From Smithellaceae bacterium (GTDB lineage: Bacteria; Desulfobacterota; Syntrophia; Syntrophales; Smithellaceae): a stretch of DNA of 64,000 bases. The DNA lies in contig CAXXVL010000002.1 in NCBI GenBank assembly GCA_963667845.2, forward strand, positions 2,016,001 through 2,080,000, read 5' to 3'. A program made the position numbers and the translations under genes. Position 1 is the first letter of the stretch; every line of letters starts with the position of its first letter. The notes beneath the pieces were generated by a model. It was not told the origin of the DNA. It made no database searches and was given only the letters and a program-made list of their open reading frames with translations. Shown here piece after piece: positions 1 to 9,706 of the stretch.

Positions 1-99
1 GTTTGATGACATCTTCATTTATGATTCCTTTGTTCTTCACCACTGGATCATTGCGGCTGTTGCCTGATTGCGAATCCATACGGATGACCGGAGAGCTGA

Positions 100-867
100 T
101 CAGCCGGCAGTCTTTTTGCGGATCATTTCCCTGCAGAGCTCCAGATAGTCTTCCGCGCCGTGGCTTTTCGGGGCATACTCAAAAATGGACTGGCCGAAAC
201 TGGGGGCTTCGGCGACGGCAATGTTTTCACGGATGACGGCTTTGAATACTTTCGTGCCGAAACGTTCGCGAACCTTATCCATGATGGCGTTATTGAGCCT
301 TTTTCGGGAATCGTAGCGCGTGGGAATGATCCGGTACGTCGGTGCGTCTTTGTTGAATTTCTCTTTGACTTCCTCAATGAGCGTCAGAAGCCGGCTCATC
401 CCTTTGAGGGCGAGAAATTCCATTTGCAGCGGAATATAAACTTCCCGGCAGGCAACGAGCGCATTGATGGTCAGGAGTCCCGCCGCGGGCGGGCAATCGA
501 TGATGACGTAATGGACGTCGGAAACAGCCGATAACCTGTTTTTCAAAATCATTTCTTTTTTGGGCATCGCGGTCATTTCCGTCTCCAGCCGAGCCAGATC
601 CAGGTTGGCGGGCAATACTTTCATGCCGTTGATTTCCAGAACGGCCGAGGCCAAAGGCACGGTTCCCTTCATGACCGAATAGATCGTCCCCTGCAAATGA
701 TGGGCGTCCAGACCCAGCGAATAGGTCAGATGCGCCTGCGGATCGAAATCGATCACGAGGACTTTTCGTTTGAGCAGGGTCAGCCCCACGGCGATATTGA
801 GCGCGCACGTTGTTTTGCCGACGCCACCTTTCTGATTGCAGAAAGCGATAATATCGGGACCGGGCAT
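100..867 (-). CDS. ParA/Soj family ATPase
   Basis: Deviant Walker A NQKGGVGKTT, DFDPQ, IIDCPP and EAPSFG motifs. Confidence 0.9.
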   Translation of the reverse strand: MPGPDIIAFCNQKGGVGKTTCALNIAVGLTLLKRKVLVIDFDPQAHLTYSLGLDAHHLQGTIYSVMKGTVPLASAVLEINGMKVLPANLDLARLETEMTAMPKKEMILKNRLSAVSDVHYVIIDCPPAAGLLTINALVACREVYIPLQMEFLALKGMSRLLTLIEEVKEKFNKDAPTYRIIPTRYDSRKRLNNAIMDKVRERFGTKVFKAVIRENIAVAEAPSFGQSIFEYAPKSHGAEDYLELCREMIRKKTAG

Positions 868-888
868 GATGATATCTCCTGGGGTTAT

Positions 889-1752
889 TTATCCGGCCAC
901 TCCGGCGATAAAGGTTTTGATGATCGTGGTGATCTCGGCGGGCTTTTCCATAGGAATCAAATGTCCGGCGCCGGCCACCGATCCGTAACGCCCGCGCGGC
1001 AGCAAAGACACGGCCCGCTTGATGTCGACCAGACCGACATTAGGGCTTTTTTCTCCTTCGATGACGAGGACGGGGCAGGAGATCTCGGGCAAGAGCGGCC
1101 AGGGATCGCGGCTCCAGCCGCCCATGAACATGGCGGCCTCGCTCTCCGGCGTGCACGTGAGCCGCATGTCGCCCGCGGGCATGCGTTCCATGCCGAAGCG
1201 CTTGTAGAGCTCCAGAACATCGCTGTCCCAGTCGGAAAAGAAAGACCGCGACTTCAGATAAGTCATGGCTTCGTCCTCGCTTGCCCAGTAATTGAGTCTT
1301 TTAATGGATTTGGACGCAAGCGGGTGATCTTTGACGTTCGGCGTCAGCTTGTAGAATTCGTCGGGAAGGAAAATCGGCTCGATAAGCACCATGGCGCGAG
1401 GCTGAGGGCCGTGGTCGGCTGCGGCTATCGTTGCCACCGTCGCGCCCATGGAATGACCGACCATCAGCGGGCTGTCAATCTTTTGTGCGCGGCAGAAGGC
1501 GCCCAGATCTGCGGCGATCACGTCCCAGCTCAAGCCGCCTTCATAGGGATCGCACGAGCGATAGTTGCAGACATAAGGCGCCCAGACGGAATACTCGGGA
1601 ACAAATTCGCGGATGATGGGATGCCACAGCCAGGGCAGAAAGCCGGTTGCGTGCACGAAAAGAATCTGCTTCGGGCCGCCCGGGTAATAAAGATAGGGCA
1701 GCTCTGCGCCACCCACGTCCTGCGTCTTTAATTCAGGAATTTCTGTTTTCAT
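889..1752 (-). CDS. Alpha/beta-fold hydrolase
   Basis: GHSMG nucleophile elbow, HATGF oxyanion region, C-terminal GAGH. Confidence 0.85.
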   Translation of the reverse strand: MKTEIPELKTQDVGGAELPYLYYPGGPKQILFVHATGFLPWLWHPIIREFVPEYSVWAPYVCNYRSCDPYEGGLSWDVIAADLGAFCRAQKIDSPLMVGHSMGATVATIAAADHGPQPRAMVLIEPIFLPDEFYKLTPNVKDHPLASKSIKRLNYWASEDEAMTYLKSRSFFSDWDSDVLELYKRFGMERMPAGDMRLTCTPESEAAMFMGGWSRDPWPLLPEISCPVLVIEGEKSPNVGLVDIKRAVSLLPRGRYGSVAGAGHLIPMEKPAEITTIIKTFIAGVAG

Positions 1753-1805
1753 AAAAAAGCAATATCAGTTTCAAGTATGAAAAATGTCTAAGGTCCCGGA
1801 TCGGT

Positions 1806-2321
1806 TTACGTGGCCGCTTTGTCGGCTGCCTGCAACTCATCGATGGTAAGAATCCTGTCGATATCCAGCAGGATCTTAATCGATCCGCCCATTTTGGCCA
1901 TTCCCAGAATATATTCGGTATTGAGATTGGTGCCGAACGACGGCGTTGCTTCAATATCGGCGGCTTTAATGTTGAGCACTTCCGACACGGAATCCACCAC
2001 AATGCCCATCAGGATGGTCCGGCCGCGCACGGCTATTTCGACCACGATAATGCAGGTTCTTTCCGTAAATTCGGAAGCGGCAAGTGAAAATTTCAGGCGC
2101 AGATCGATGACGGGAATGACCTTGCCGCGCAGATTAACAACGCCTTTGATGTACTTGGGTGTCTGGGGCACTACGGTAATCGGCATCATGCCGATGATCT
2201 CTTTCACTTTCAGGATACCGATGCCGTATTCTTCTCCGGCGAGATTAAACGTCAGGTATTTGCCTTCTTTATCGGCCATGGCGTTAACCGCCTGACCCAT
2301 GATTACAGTTTCTTCAGCCAT
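1806..2321 (-). CDS. cheW: Chemotaxis coupling protein CheW
   Basis: YLTFxL...YGI, GVVNLRGKVIPVIDL, GIVVDSVSEV. Confidence 0.93.
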   Translation of the reverse strand: MAEETVIMGQAVNAMADKEGKYLTFNLAGEEYGIGILKVKEIIGMMPITVVPQTPKYIKGVVNLRGKVIPVIDLRLKFSLAASEFTERTCIIVVEIAVRGRTILMGIVVDSVSEVLNIKAADIEATPSFGTNLNTEYILGMAKMGGSIKILLDIDRILTIDELQAADKAAT

Positions 2322-2407
2322 TACTCGTCTCCTTTTGCCACCTGTTTCTTTGGCTTTTATATCCCGGATAAAATGAAAACCGCTGCGCCTTCACGGCCGG
2401 CCCTCTT

Positions 2408-2956
2408 TCAGAAAACGAAAACGGCAGCGGCGACCACAGTCGTATATGTGTTATCGACGCAAATTTTCGACTGGGTGACATTCAGCGTCCGGACGATCTT
2501 GCCGCTGATTTTAAAAATTTCCTTCTTCTCATCCCAGCTCTCATCCACGTTGAAATCGATGCCCAGCGTGGACGCGAGCATAGCGGCCGCCAGGTCTTCG
2601 GCGTGGTCGCCGGTCTGCTTTTCCGTGAGACCATAAGCGTGATGCTCGCTGATGTAACCGTAGGATGATTTGTCCGCGGGAATCGCACAGCCGACCGACG
2701 AGGAAAGAAGTCTTTTCGGTTCATTGCTGCAGCAGCGGCTCATGACGCAATAGGTGATGGCGCCGGGCACCAGCGACTTCAGCCCCTGCGACTTGGGGAT
2801 CATTTTACAGCCGGGCGGGAAAATGCTGGATACCTGGACCAGGTTGCATTTTTCAATTCCGGCATTCCGTAGGGCGCGCTCAAAGGAATGCAACTCATCC
2901 TTGTGTGTGCCGACTCCTTTGGTGAAAAATATTTTCTTTGGAACAAAACCCTGCAT
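2408..2956 (-). CDS. pdaD: Pyruvoyl-dependent arginine decarboxylase
   Basis: SFExAL..AGI..NLVQVSSI(F)PP self-cleavage motif; YGYISEH. Confidence 0.88.
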   Translation of the reverse strand: MQGFVPKKIFFTKGVGTHKDELHSFERALRNAGIEKCNLVQVSSIFPPGCKMIPKSQGLKSLVPGAITYCVMSRCCSNEPKRLLSSSVGCAIPADKSSYGYISEHHAYGLTEKQTGDHAEDLAAAMLASTLGIDFNVDESWDEKKEIFKISGKIVRTLNVTQSKICVDNTYTTVVAAAVFVF

Positions 2957-3072
2957 GGCCGTCTCCTTTTAATCCCGCTCACGCGGGACGAGCGTTAATT
3001 CTCCGCAGCTTGCTGCGAAATAATGACATTCATTTCATACCTCGACAGCTTCCCGCGAGGTGGTTGATTAAA

Positions 3073-3558
3073 TTAATATTCGGTCAGTGTCGACAAGCCG
3101 CGTTCACCCACCAGAATAATCCGGGTATGTGTCAGACGCGTGGCAATGACCTTGGCTGTGGATTGCAGGATCTTAAAACCCAGCTCGCAGTCGTCGGCCA
3201 TGACATCCCGCAACCGGGCGGCGTTAAGCGCAATCAGTTTGGTGTCCTCGATACAACGGGCGCCCAGGGTATAGAGAAACGGTTCCACGACGGCCGACCA
3301 GCCCATGGATTCACCCTTCGTGATCATGTCAACCGTCACTTGCATGGGCGGCTTGCCGGGGCCCATGTAGTTATCCATGAGAAGGGCTATTTTCCCCGCT
3401 TTAAGAAAATACAGGCTGCGGGCTTCATCGCCTACACAATAGAGCTGTGTTCCGGCGGGATAAGTTTCTTCCTTGGCCAGAGCGGCCAGTTTCTTCAGTT
3501 GTTTGCCGTTGAAATTCCGGAAAAACGGAAATTCTTTAAGCGCGGCCATTGTGGTCAT
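3073..3558 (-). CDS. Stand-alone cyclic nucleotide-binding domain protein
   Basis: Crp-like cNMP domain (FPFF...L..LA, GDEA.SLYFLKAG, GESMGW); no HTH follows. Confidence 0.82.
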   Translation of the reverse strand: MTTMAALKEFPFFRNFNGKQLKKLAALAKEETYPAGTQLYCVGDEARSLYFLKAGKIALLMDNYMGPGKPPMQVTVDMITKGESMGWSAVVEPFLYTLGARCIEDTKLIALNAARLRDVMADDCELGFKILQSTAKVIATRLTHTRIILVGERGLSTLTEY

Positions 3559-3783
3559 TGTCCGACTCCTTTCACTTAAGAAAAAAATAGTCCGGTGACG
3601 TGTATCAGCTTTCTTTTTCCTATACTACAAAAAATGCATGAACTGCCAAAGTGCACTGTTCGTCAATTTACACGAAATTACTGAGAATGCAAAATAAAAA
3701 CATAAGAGGAACCGCACCCGTTTATCTTGCCTCAATTGCAAAAAAAGACTATATTGGCCGCGACTTTAAATAAGGACAACGCG

Positions 3784-5136
3784 ATGAAGAAAATCGGCTG
3801 TTTGATATTCATAGGATTCCTTTTGCTATCAGGTTGCGTCTCGGCACCGGATACGATTCGGGATGTGCGGGAGCTCAGTCAGGACCATGCGTCTTATTTT
3901 ACCGAAAAGGCGAAAAGCGAAGAACCGCTGTCTTTGGCAAGTCAGGCCCGGATGGATGACGATTATAATATCATTTACTTTTCCGTCTGGCATCAGCGCG
4001 AGCCTTTTCATGCCCGGCCCGACAGAGTCGAACAGGATTTCAAAAAATACATTGTGAAACCGGGCTATGGAGAAAACAAAAAAAAGCATGCGCCTTCCTG
4101 GGCGAAGAAGCTGCAGCATAACGCGGCTCTTAAAACTTACCCGAACACCCTTGCGCGCGGCATCACGATCCGAAACTCGAACCTGAGAGAAATGCCGACC
4201 CTTTCGCCCCACTTTTACATGTCCGACGGCGACGCCTGGGGCTGGCCTTTCGACAATCTGCAGCGTTCTTCCGTCGGGGCCGATACGCCGATTCTGATCT
4301 GCCACGTGAGCGCGGATAAATCCTGGGCGCTCATCGAAACGTCCTTCACGTACGGCTGGATTCCGGTTGAAGATCTGGCTTTTGTGGACAATGAATTTGT
4401 CGCGGCCTGGGAGCGGGGGCGTTATGCGGCGATTACCCGCGATCGCACGTCCATTCTTGATGAGAACGGCCGGTTTCTTGTTCAGGCCTCGATTGGGCAC
4501 ATTTTCCCGTTGATGGAAGCCTCGGCCGATACGCTGCAGGTGGCGGTCGTCGTGGCCGACCGCAACAGGCAGGCGGTGATCCGGCGCGGCTTTGTGTCCG
4601 CGGAAGCCTCAGCGATAAAGCCGCTGCGCATGAACGCCGTCAATGCGGCAAGGATAGCCAATGAAATGATCGGCGAACCCTACGGCTGGGGAGGCCTTTA
4701 CGGCAACCGGGATTGCTCCTCCATGACCCGTGATTTCTTTGCCGTCTTCGGCATCTGGCTGCCGCGCCACTCGGCAGATCAGGTGAAGGAAGCGGGGACA
4801 ACCATTGATTTGAGCGGCCTTTCCCCCGAAGAAAAAGAAAGAATAATCGTGGAAAAGGGGATTCCTTATCTGACGCTGCTTTGGCGCAAAGGGCACGTCA
4901 TGCTGTATATCGGCTCCAAAGACGGCCGCGCGCTCATTTTTCATAACATCTGGGGCATCCGGACAAAAGATATACAGGGACGTGAAGGGCGGAAGATCAT
5001 CGGACAGGCCGTGATAACAACCCTGAAACCCGGGCAGGAGCTGATCGACAGAGATGCATCCGCCGGTACGCTTCTGGACAATATCGCGGCCATGAATATT
5101 CTGCTGCCCGCGGACGGGGAGCCCTCCTCAAAATGA
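3784..5136 (+). CDS. NlpC/P60 family lipoprotein peptidase with SH3-like domains
   Basis: Lipobox LSGC; YGWGG...RDCS catalytic Cys and GHVMLYIG His; start placed at the ATG after AAGGA. Confidence 0.88.
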   Translation: MKKIGCLIFIGFLLLSGCVSAPDTIRDVRELSQDHASYFTEKAKSEEPLSLASQARMDDDYNIIYFSVWHQREPFHARPDRVEQDFKKYIVKPGYGENKKKHAPSWAKKLQHNAALKTYPNTLARGITIRNSNLREMPTLSPHFYMSDGDAWGWPFDNLQRSSVGADTPILICHVSADKSWALIETSFTYGWIPVEDLAFVDNEFVAAWERGRYAAITRDRTSILDENGRFLVQASIGHIFPLMEASADTLQVAVVVADRNRQAVIRRGFVSAEASAIKPLRMNAVNAARIANEMIGEPYGWGGLYGNRDCSSMTRDFFAVFGIWLPRHSADQVKEAGTTIDLSGLSPEEKERIIVEKGIPYLTLLWRKGHVMLYIGSKDGRALIFHNIWGIRTKDIQGREGRKIIGQAVITTLKPGQELIDRDASAGTLLDNIAAMNILLPADGEPSSK

Positions 5137-6053
5137 ACAAATATAAACTTGTTCTGGAATACGACGGCACTAACTACAGCGGATGGCAGGCTCAGAAGAA
5201 CGCCCGGAGTATCCAGGGAACGCTGATCGAGGCCGCCTCGCAATTTCTGAACGTACCGGCCGCTGCCGGTGCGCAATCTAAAGCATACCGCGGCAAGGAA
5301 GATGCGCCGCCGGCGCATCTATCCATACGCCGGGGAGCCGATGACCCCGGGCGGACGGCGACACGCGAAGCCGGTAAAGGCGGGCGAACCAGTTTGCAGT
5401 GGCTGGATATCCAGGGGGCCGGGCGCACGGACGCCGGCGTCCATGCTCTGGGGCAGGTGGCCCATCTGGAGTGTGAACGCAAGCTCAATTGCGAAACGCT
5501 GCGCATCGGGATCAACGATCTTCTTCCCGCCGGCATCAATGTCCTGTCCGTGGAAAACACGCATCCGCGTTTCCATGCGCGCCACTCTGCCAAGAGCCGC
5601 AGCTATCTGTATCTGATTGCCAAACGGCGGACGGCCTTCGGCAAGAAGTACGTCTGGTGGGTCAAAGATAGCCTGCACGCAGGCCGGATGAAGGAGGCGC
5701 TGGCTGTCGTTGAGGGCTTTCATGATTTCGCATCTTTTGCCGATAAGCGCATGGATAAAGACACCTCGACGAAAGTCGATCTGGAAGCCGTCTTACTAAA
5801 AGAGTTCGGCGATATTCTCGCCGTCCGTCTCGTCGGATCACACTTTCTCTGGAAAATGGTGCGGCGGATTGTCGGCCTGGCCGTCGAAGCCGGACGGGGC
5901 AACATCACGGCGCGAGACATCGAGCTTATGCTCCGGACGTACTCCGAAGTGCCGGCGCAACATACTGCGCCGCCCTCGGGCCTCTTTCTGGAGAAAGTTC
6001 TTTACGACGGCGACACGCTGCCGGAAATGCGGACACCGATCTGCCTGTTTTGA
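5133..6053 (+). CDS. truA: tRNA pseudouridine(38-40) synthase TruA with ~48-aa insertion
   Basis: YDGTNYSGWQ, GAGRTDAGVHA, FHAR, G.HDF, FLWKMVR, TAPPSGLFL. Confidence 0.92.
   Translation: MNKYKLVLEYDGTNYSGWQAQKNARSIQGTLIEAASQFLNVPAAAGAQSKAYRGKEDAPPAHLSIRRGADDPGRTATREAGKGGRTSLQWLDIQGAGRTDAGVHALGQVAHLECERKLNCETLRIGINDLLPAGINVLSVENTHPRFHARHSAKSRSYLYLIAKRRTAFGKKYVWWVKDSLHAGRMKEALAVVEGFHDFASFADKRMDKDTSTKVDLEAVLLKEFGDILAVRLVGSHFLWKMVRRIVGLAVEAGRGNITARDIELMLRTYSEVPAQHTAPPSGLFLEKVLYDGDTLPEMRTPICLF
5256..5406 (+). mobile_element. Degenerate MITE/palindromic element inserted in frame in truA
   Basis: Imperfect inverted ends CCGGCCGCTGC / GCAGTGGCTGG; core aligns with the reverse complement of the element at 47237-47362. 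Confidence 0.65.
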
Positions 6054-6323
6054 AGTCTGCGTTTCCCGCACGGACGGCGAAAGACTCGCAGATAAAAGCC
6101 GATGATTGTTCTCTTCGAGTGCGGACCCTTCAGTGCCTCATCGTAATCAGCAGAATTTCCAAACAATAGGGGCCGGCATCGTAGCCGCGCCCCGAGTGTA
6201 TAGCTCCCTTCCTGATCCGCTCCAACCTCGCGTGGGCGTACTCCTGAAAGCGGGATATCTAACAAAAACGTTCTGATTGAAATCGGTTTCTTCATCACAT
6301 ATAAGTTTGTCCCGCCGCAAAAC

Positions 6324-6338
6324 GATACAAAATTGTTC
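6324..6338 (+). promoter_or_regulatory. Candidate enhancer (UAS) ACAAAATTGT for a sigma54 activator
   Basis: ACA-N4-TGT palindrome 81 bp before the -24 GG; same motif and spacing at 18752-18766. Confidence 0.5.
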
Positions 6339-6405
6339 AAAAATGATCAACGCTTTTTCAGGAAATAGATCAATAATTACAATAACTAACATATGAAATT
6401 CCGAC

Positions 6406-6421
6406 TTGGCATCATCCTTGC
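6406..6421 (+). promoter_or_regulatory. Sigma54 (-24/-12) promoter of the amt-glnK operon
   Basis: TTGGCATCATCCTTGC, exact GG-N10-GC. Confidence 0.8.
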
Positions 6422-6467
6422 CCTAAAGAAAGGCGAATTTAAAAACTTTTCGAAGGAGGCATTGATT

Positions 6468-7700
6468 ATGAATTCGGGAGATACAGCGTGGGTTTTGATG
6501 GCCAGCGCTATGGTCCTTTTGATGACCATTCCGGGACTGGCATTTTTCTATGGAGGACTCGTCAGGCGGAAAAACGTCCTCTCCATTTTGATGCAGTGCT
6601 TTATCATCGTCTGCGTCATTTCTCTGCAGTGGATGCTGTTCGGATATTCGCTGGCTTTCGGGCCGGACTTTCACGGCATCATCGGCAACCTGGACTGGGC
6701 GGGACTCAAAGGCGTGGGAGCGATCCCCAATAAAGAGTATGCCGCAACCATTCCGCATTCGGTCTTTATGATCTTTCAGGCCATGTTCGCCATTATCACA
6801 CCGGCCCTGATCATCGGCGCGTATGCGGAACGGGTTAAGTTTCCCGCCTTTTTGCTCTTTACGCTTCTGTGGGCCACTTTTGTTTACGACCCTCTGGCGC
6901 ACTGGGTCTGGGGGACGGGCGGCTGGCTCAAAGCGATGGGCGCACTGGATTTTGCCGGCGGCATCGTCGTGCATGTAAGCTCGGGTATATCGGCTCTGGT
7001 CCTGGCGTTACTCCTGGGCAAACGAATCGGCTACAATCACAAACCTATTCGTCCGCATAACCTGCCCTTCACCGTTCTGGGTGCGGCTCTCTTATGGTTC
7101 GGCTGGTTCGGCTTTAATGCCGGGAGCGCGTTGGCGGCAGACGGAATTGCCGGGAATGCCTTTGTAACCACCAATACGGCTACAGCGGCCGCGGGTTTGG
7201 CCTGGGCCTTGATTGAATGGTGGCACAATGGAACTCCGACCATTCTGGGTACGGCAACCGGTGCGGTCGCGGGTCTGGTTGCGATTACCCCCGCGTGCGG
7301 TTTTGTCAATCCGATGAATGCCATGTTCATGGGCATCATCGTCGCCTTCGTCTGCTACACAGCCGTGGCCGTCATTAAAGGCAAACTCGGTTACGACGAC
7401 TCTCTGGATGCCTTCGGTGTGCATGGCGTCGGCGGAACAGTCGGCACCCTGCTGACCGGTGTCTTTGCCCAGAAGGCGATGAATCCGGCGGGCGCGGACG
7501 GACTGCTCTTCGGCAATGTTCATCAATTCGGAGTGCAATGCCTGATGCTGGTTGTCGCAGCCGCCTTTGCCGCAATTATGACCTTTGTCATCTTCAAGAT
7601 TGTTGATGCTTTGGTCGGCATGAGAGTCGAAGAGAAAAATGAAATCATAGGCCTCGACCTGACTCAACAGAGCGAAGCGGCTTACACCGTGATTGAATAG
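6468..7700 (+). CDS. amt: Ammonium transporter Amt (copy 1)
   Basis: GDTAW, FQAMFA, DFAGG.VVH, LWFGWFGFN, DDSLDAFGVHG; AGGAGG RBS before ATG 6468. Confidence 0.96.
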   Translation: MNSGDTAWVLMASAMVLLMTIPGLAFFYGGLVRRKNVLSILMQCFIIVCVISLQWMLFGYSLAFGPDFHGIIGNLDWAGLKGVGAIPNKEYAATIPHSVFMIFQAMFAIITPALIIGAYAERVKFPAFLLFTLLWATFVYDPLAHWVWGTGGWLKAMGALDFAGGIVVHVSSGISALVLALLLGKRIGYNHKPIRPHNLPFTVLGAALLWFGWFGFNAGSALAADGIAGNAFVTTNTATAAAGLAWALIEWWHNGTPTILGTATGAVAGLVAITPACGFVNPMNAMFMGIIVAFVCYTAVAVIKGKLGYDDSLDAFGVHGVGGTVGTLLTGVFAQKAMNPAGADGLLFGNVHQFGVQCLMLVVAAAFAAIMTFVIFKIVDALVGMRVEEKNEIIGLDLTQQSEAAYTVIE

Positions 7701-7713
7701 GAGGAAAATTATC

Positions 7714-8055
7714 ATGAAATTAGTCATTGCCATCATTCAGCCCCACAAACTGGAGGCTGTCAAAAGAGAGCTGGAAGCAGTGGAAGTCAATTTAATGACC
7801 GTTGCCAACGTGCTGGGTCAGGGCAGACAAAAGGGTGTCACCGAAATTTACCGCGGCGCCAAGGAAGCAGGCGGTCTGCTCAACAAAGTGCGGCTGGACA
7901 TTGCCGTCAATGAAGACTTTGTCCAGCCCACCATCGACGCCATCGTCAAAGGCGCCCATACGGGATCGGTGGGCGACGGCAAGATCTTTGTCGTGGAACT
8001 GGCCGAATGCATCCGCATCAGTTCCGGCGAAAAGGGCGGCTGCGCGATCGGGTGA
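7714..8055 (+). CDS. glnK: PII nitrogen regulator (GlnK-like, amt-linked)
   Basis: G.GRQKG.TE.YRG, K58, TG.VGDGKIF; directly after amt. Confidence 0.93.
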   Translation: MKLVIAIIQPHKLEAVKRELEAVEVNLMTVANVLGQGRQKGVTEIYRGAKEAGGLLNKVRLDIAVNEDFVQPTIDAIVKGAHTGSVGDGKIFVVELAECIRISSGEKGGCAIG

Positions 8056-8064
8056 GGTGCCGTC

Positions 8065-8292
8065 ATGAACAGTTTTAAACCGGATACCGGAAAAGACGTT
8101 TTGAAGCGCTGCGTTGTTGACTGCGAAAAAATGGTGATCATGCACACGTTGATCAAAGCGAAGGGCGATCAATCACAGGCCGCGGAGCTTTTGGGGACGA
8201 CGAGAAGAATCCTGGCCCATAAGGTTCAAAAATACGGCATTGATTGCGACGAACTCAAATCGAAATCAAATATTACGATAACGGAGGAATAA
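8065..8292 (+). CDS. Small Fis-type HTH protein
   Basis: EK..I..TL...KGDQSQAAELLGTTRR.L..K..KYGI (HTH_8 pattern). Confidence 0.8.
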   Translation: MNSFKPDTGKDVLKRCVVDCEKMVIMHTLIKAKGDQSQAAELLGTTRRILAHKVQKYGIDCDELKSKSNITITEE

Positions 8293-8296
8293 GGTT

Positions 8297-9202
8297 ATGA
8301 GATCCAAAATGAAACAAATAGTTGCGGCGGTTGTGCTTACGCTCACGATTGCCGCCTTGCCGGTGCTAGCCGGGGCTGAAGAACCCAAGACAGCCCCTGA
8401 TTCAACGCCTGCAGTGAAGCAGGCCGCACCGGAACAGAAACCGGAGGATAAGGCGACCGGCGAGGTGGCGGCCAGTGTTTTGAGCGCCTATATCTGGCGC
8501 GGCCAGGAGATGAGCCGCCACAGCGTTGTGATTCAACCCTCGCTGACGGCAAGCTACAAGGGATTCTCGGCCAATGTCTGGGGAAACCTGGATACCCGGC
8601 CCTATGCAGCGGGGAGCGAATCCTATTCATCCAATTTCAATGAAACGGACGTTACGCTTTCCTATTCCCGTAAGTTCGGGATTGTGCAGGCAAGCGCCGG
8701 CTACATCTATTACTCCCTGAGTGCTTTGGCGCCGGGGGGAGTTGATCCGCAAGATGCGCAGGAGTTATTCGTTTCGGTGGGACTGGATACGATCCTGCAG
8801 CCGACGCTGACGGTTTATAAGGAAATCAGTCACTACCATCAATGGTATGCAACGCTCGGCGTTTCCCACACGTTTGCCCTGCATGAAAAAGTCGGGTTGA
8901 AGCTGGCGGCCACGGCAAGTTATCTGAAAAGTGAAGATGAAACAACGTATCCGAAATTTGACGGCAATTCACTGGCGACAACGGATAAATTCAATAATTT
9001 CCACGACGGGACCTTTTCCATTTCTCTGCCCGTTTCGGTGACCAAGAACATTACGGTCACACCGCTTGTAACGTACGTCTTTCCTCTGTCCGACGACGCG
9101 AAGAATGAGATGAGAGCGCGTGGTTTGCAGGGGTCCGCAGTGCCCTCCGACAGGGACAGTACATATCTGTATGGCGGAGTAACGCTGAGCTTTACGTTTT
9201 AG
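8297..9202 (+). CDS. TorF-like (Gcw_chp) putative outer-membrane porin
   Basis: Signal peptide, S.YIWRG...S...VIQP motif, C-terminal Phe; family typically linked to glnK/amtB. Confidence 0.75.
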   Translation: MRSKMKQIVAAVVLTLTIAALPVLAGAEEPKTAPDSTPAVKQAAPEQKPEDKATGEVAASVLSAYIWRGQEMSRHSVVIQPSLTASYKGFSANVWGNLDTRPYAAGSESYSSNFNETDVTLSYSRKFGIVQASAGYIYYSLSALAPGGVDPQDAQELFVSVGLDTILQPTLTVYKEISHYHQWYATLGVSHTFALHEKVGLKLAATASYLKSEDETTYPKFDGNSLATTDKFNNFHDGTFSISLPVSVTKNITVTPLVTYVFPLSDDAKNEMRARGLQGSAVPSDRDSTYLYGGVTLSFTF

Positions 9203-9303
9203 CTTGTAATAACGGAATCAACGCCGCTGCCGAAATTCCGGGAAATGTCGTTTATCGGCGAGAATTCGCTGATGTATTTTTAGTTCCCCTTCCTCCCCTT
9301 AAC

Positions 9304-9350
9304 AGCGGGAAAAGCATGGATGATGCGATCCGTGGCTTTTCCCGCTTTCT
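9304..9350 (+). terminator. Stem-loop terminator after the amt operon
   Basis: AGCGGGAAAAGC...GCTTTTCCCGCT inverted repeat followed by TTCT. Confidence 0.6.
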
Positions 9351-9706
9351 CCCGCATCAGGCAGCAACAGGCAGCAAACTGGCTCGCCCCGCATAATTCA
9401 TTGTCCCCGCATTCAAATATGATCCGGTGTTGTGACCCTCAGCGCCTCAGCGTCCGCCGGCGCGCAGGGAGTCCCGCCGCATTGATTTATGCGGTATTAA
9501 CGGACCGCTCGAGAAAAAGGTTGTATATTTTTGGAGATGTCAGACCGCTCGGCGAAGTGCCCTGCAAATTTTACTTTCTGTTCATCAGCAAAAAGGCTTG
9601 ACTGTAAAGAGCGGGCAAACAATAATCAGCGGGCCTGCTGGGGTTTCTTTTTAAAGGGCCTTGACCTTTAGCGATCTCAGCAGCAAATTACATGACAGGA
9701 GTGCTC

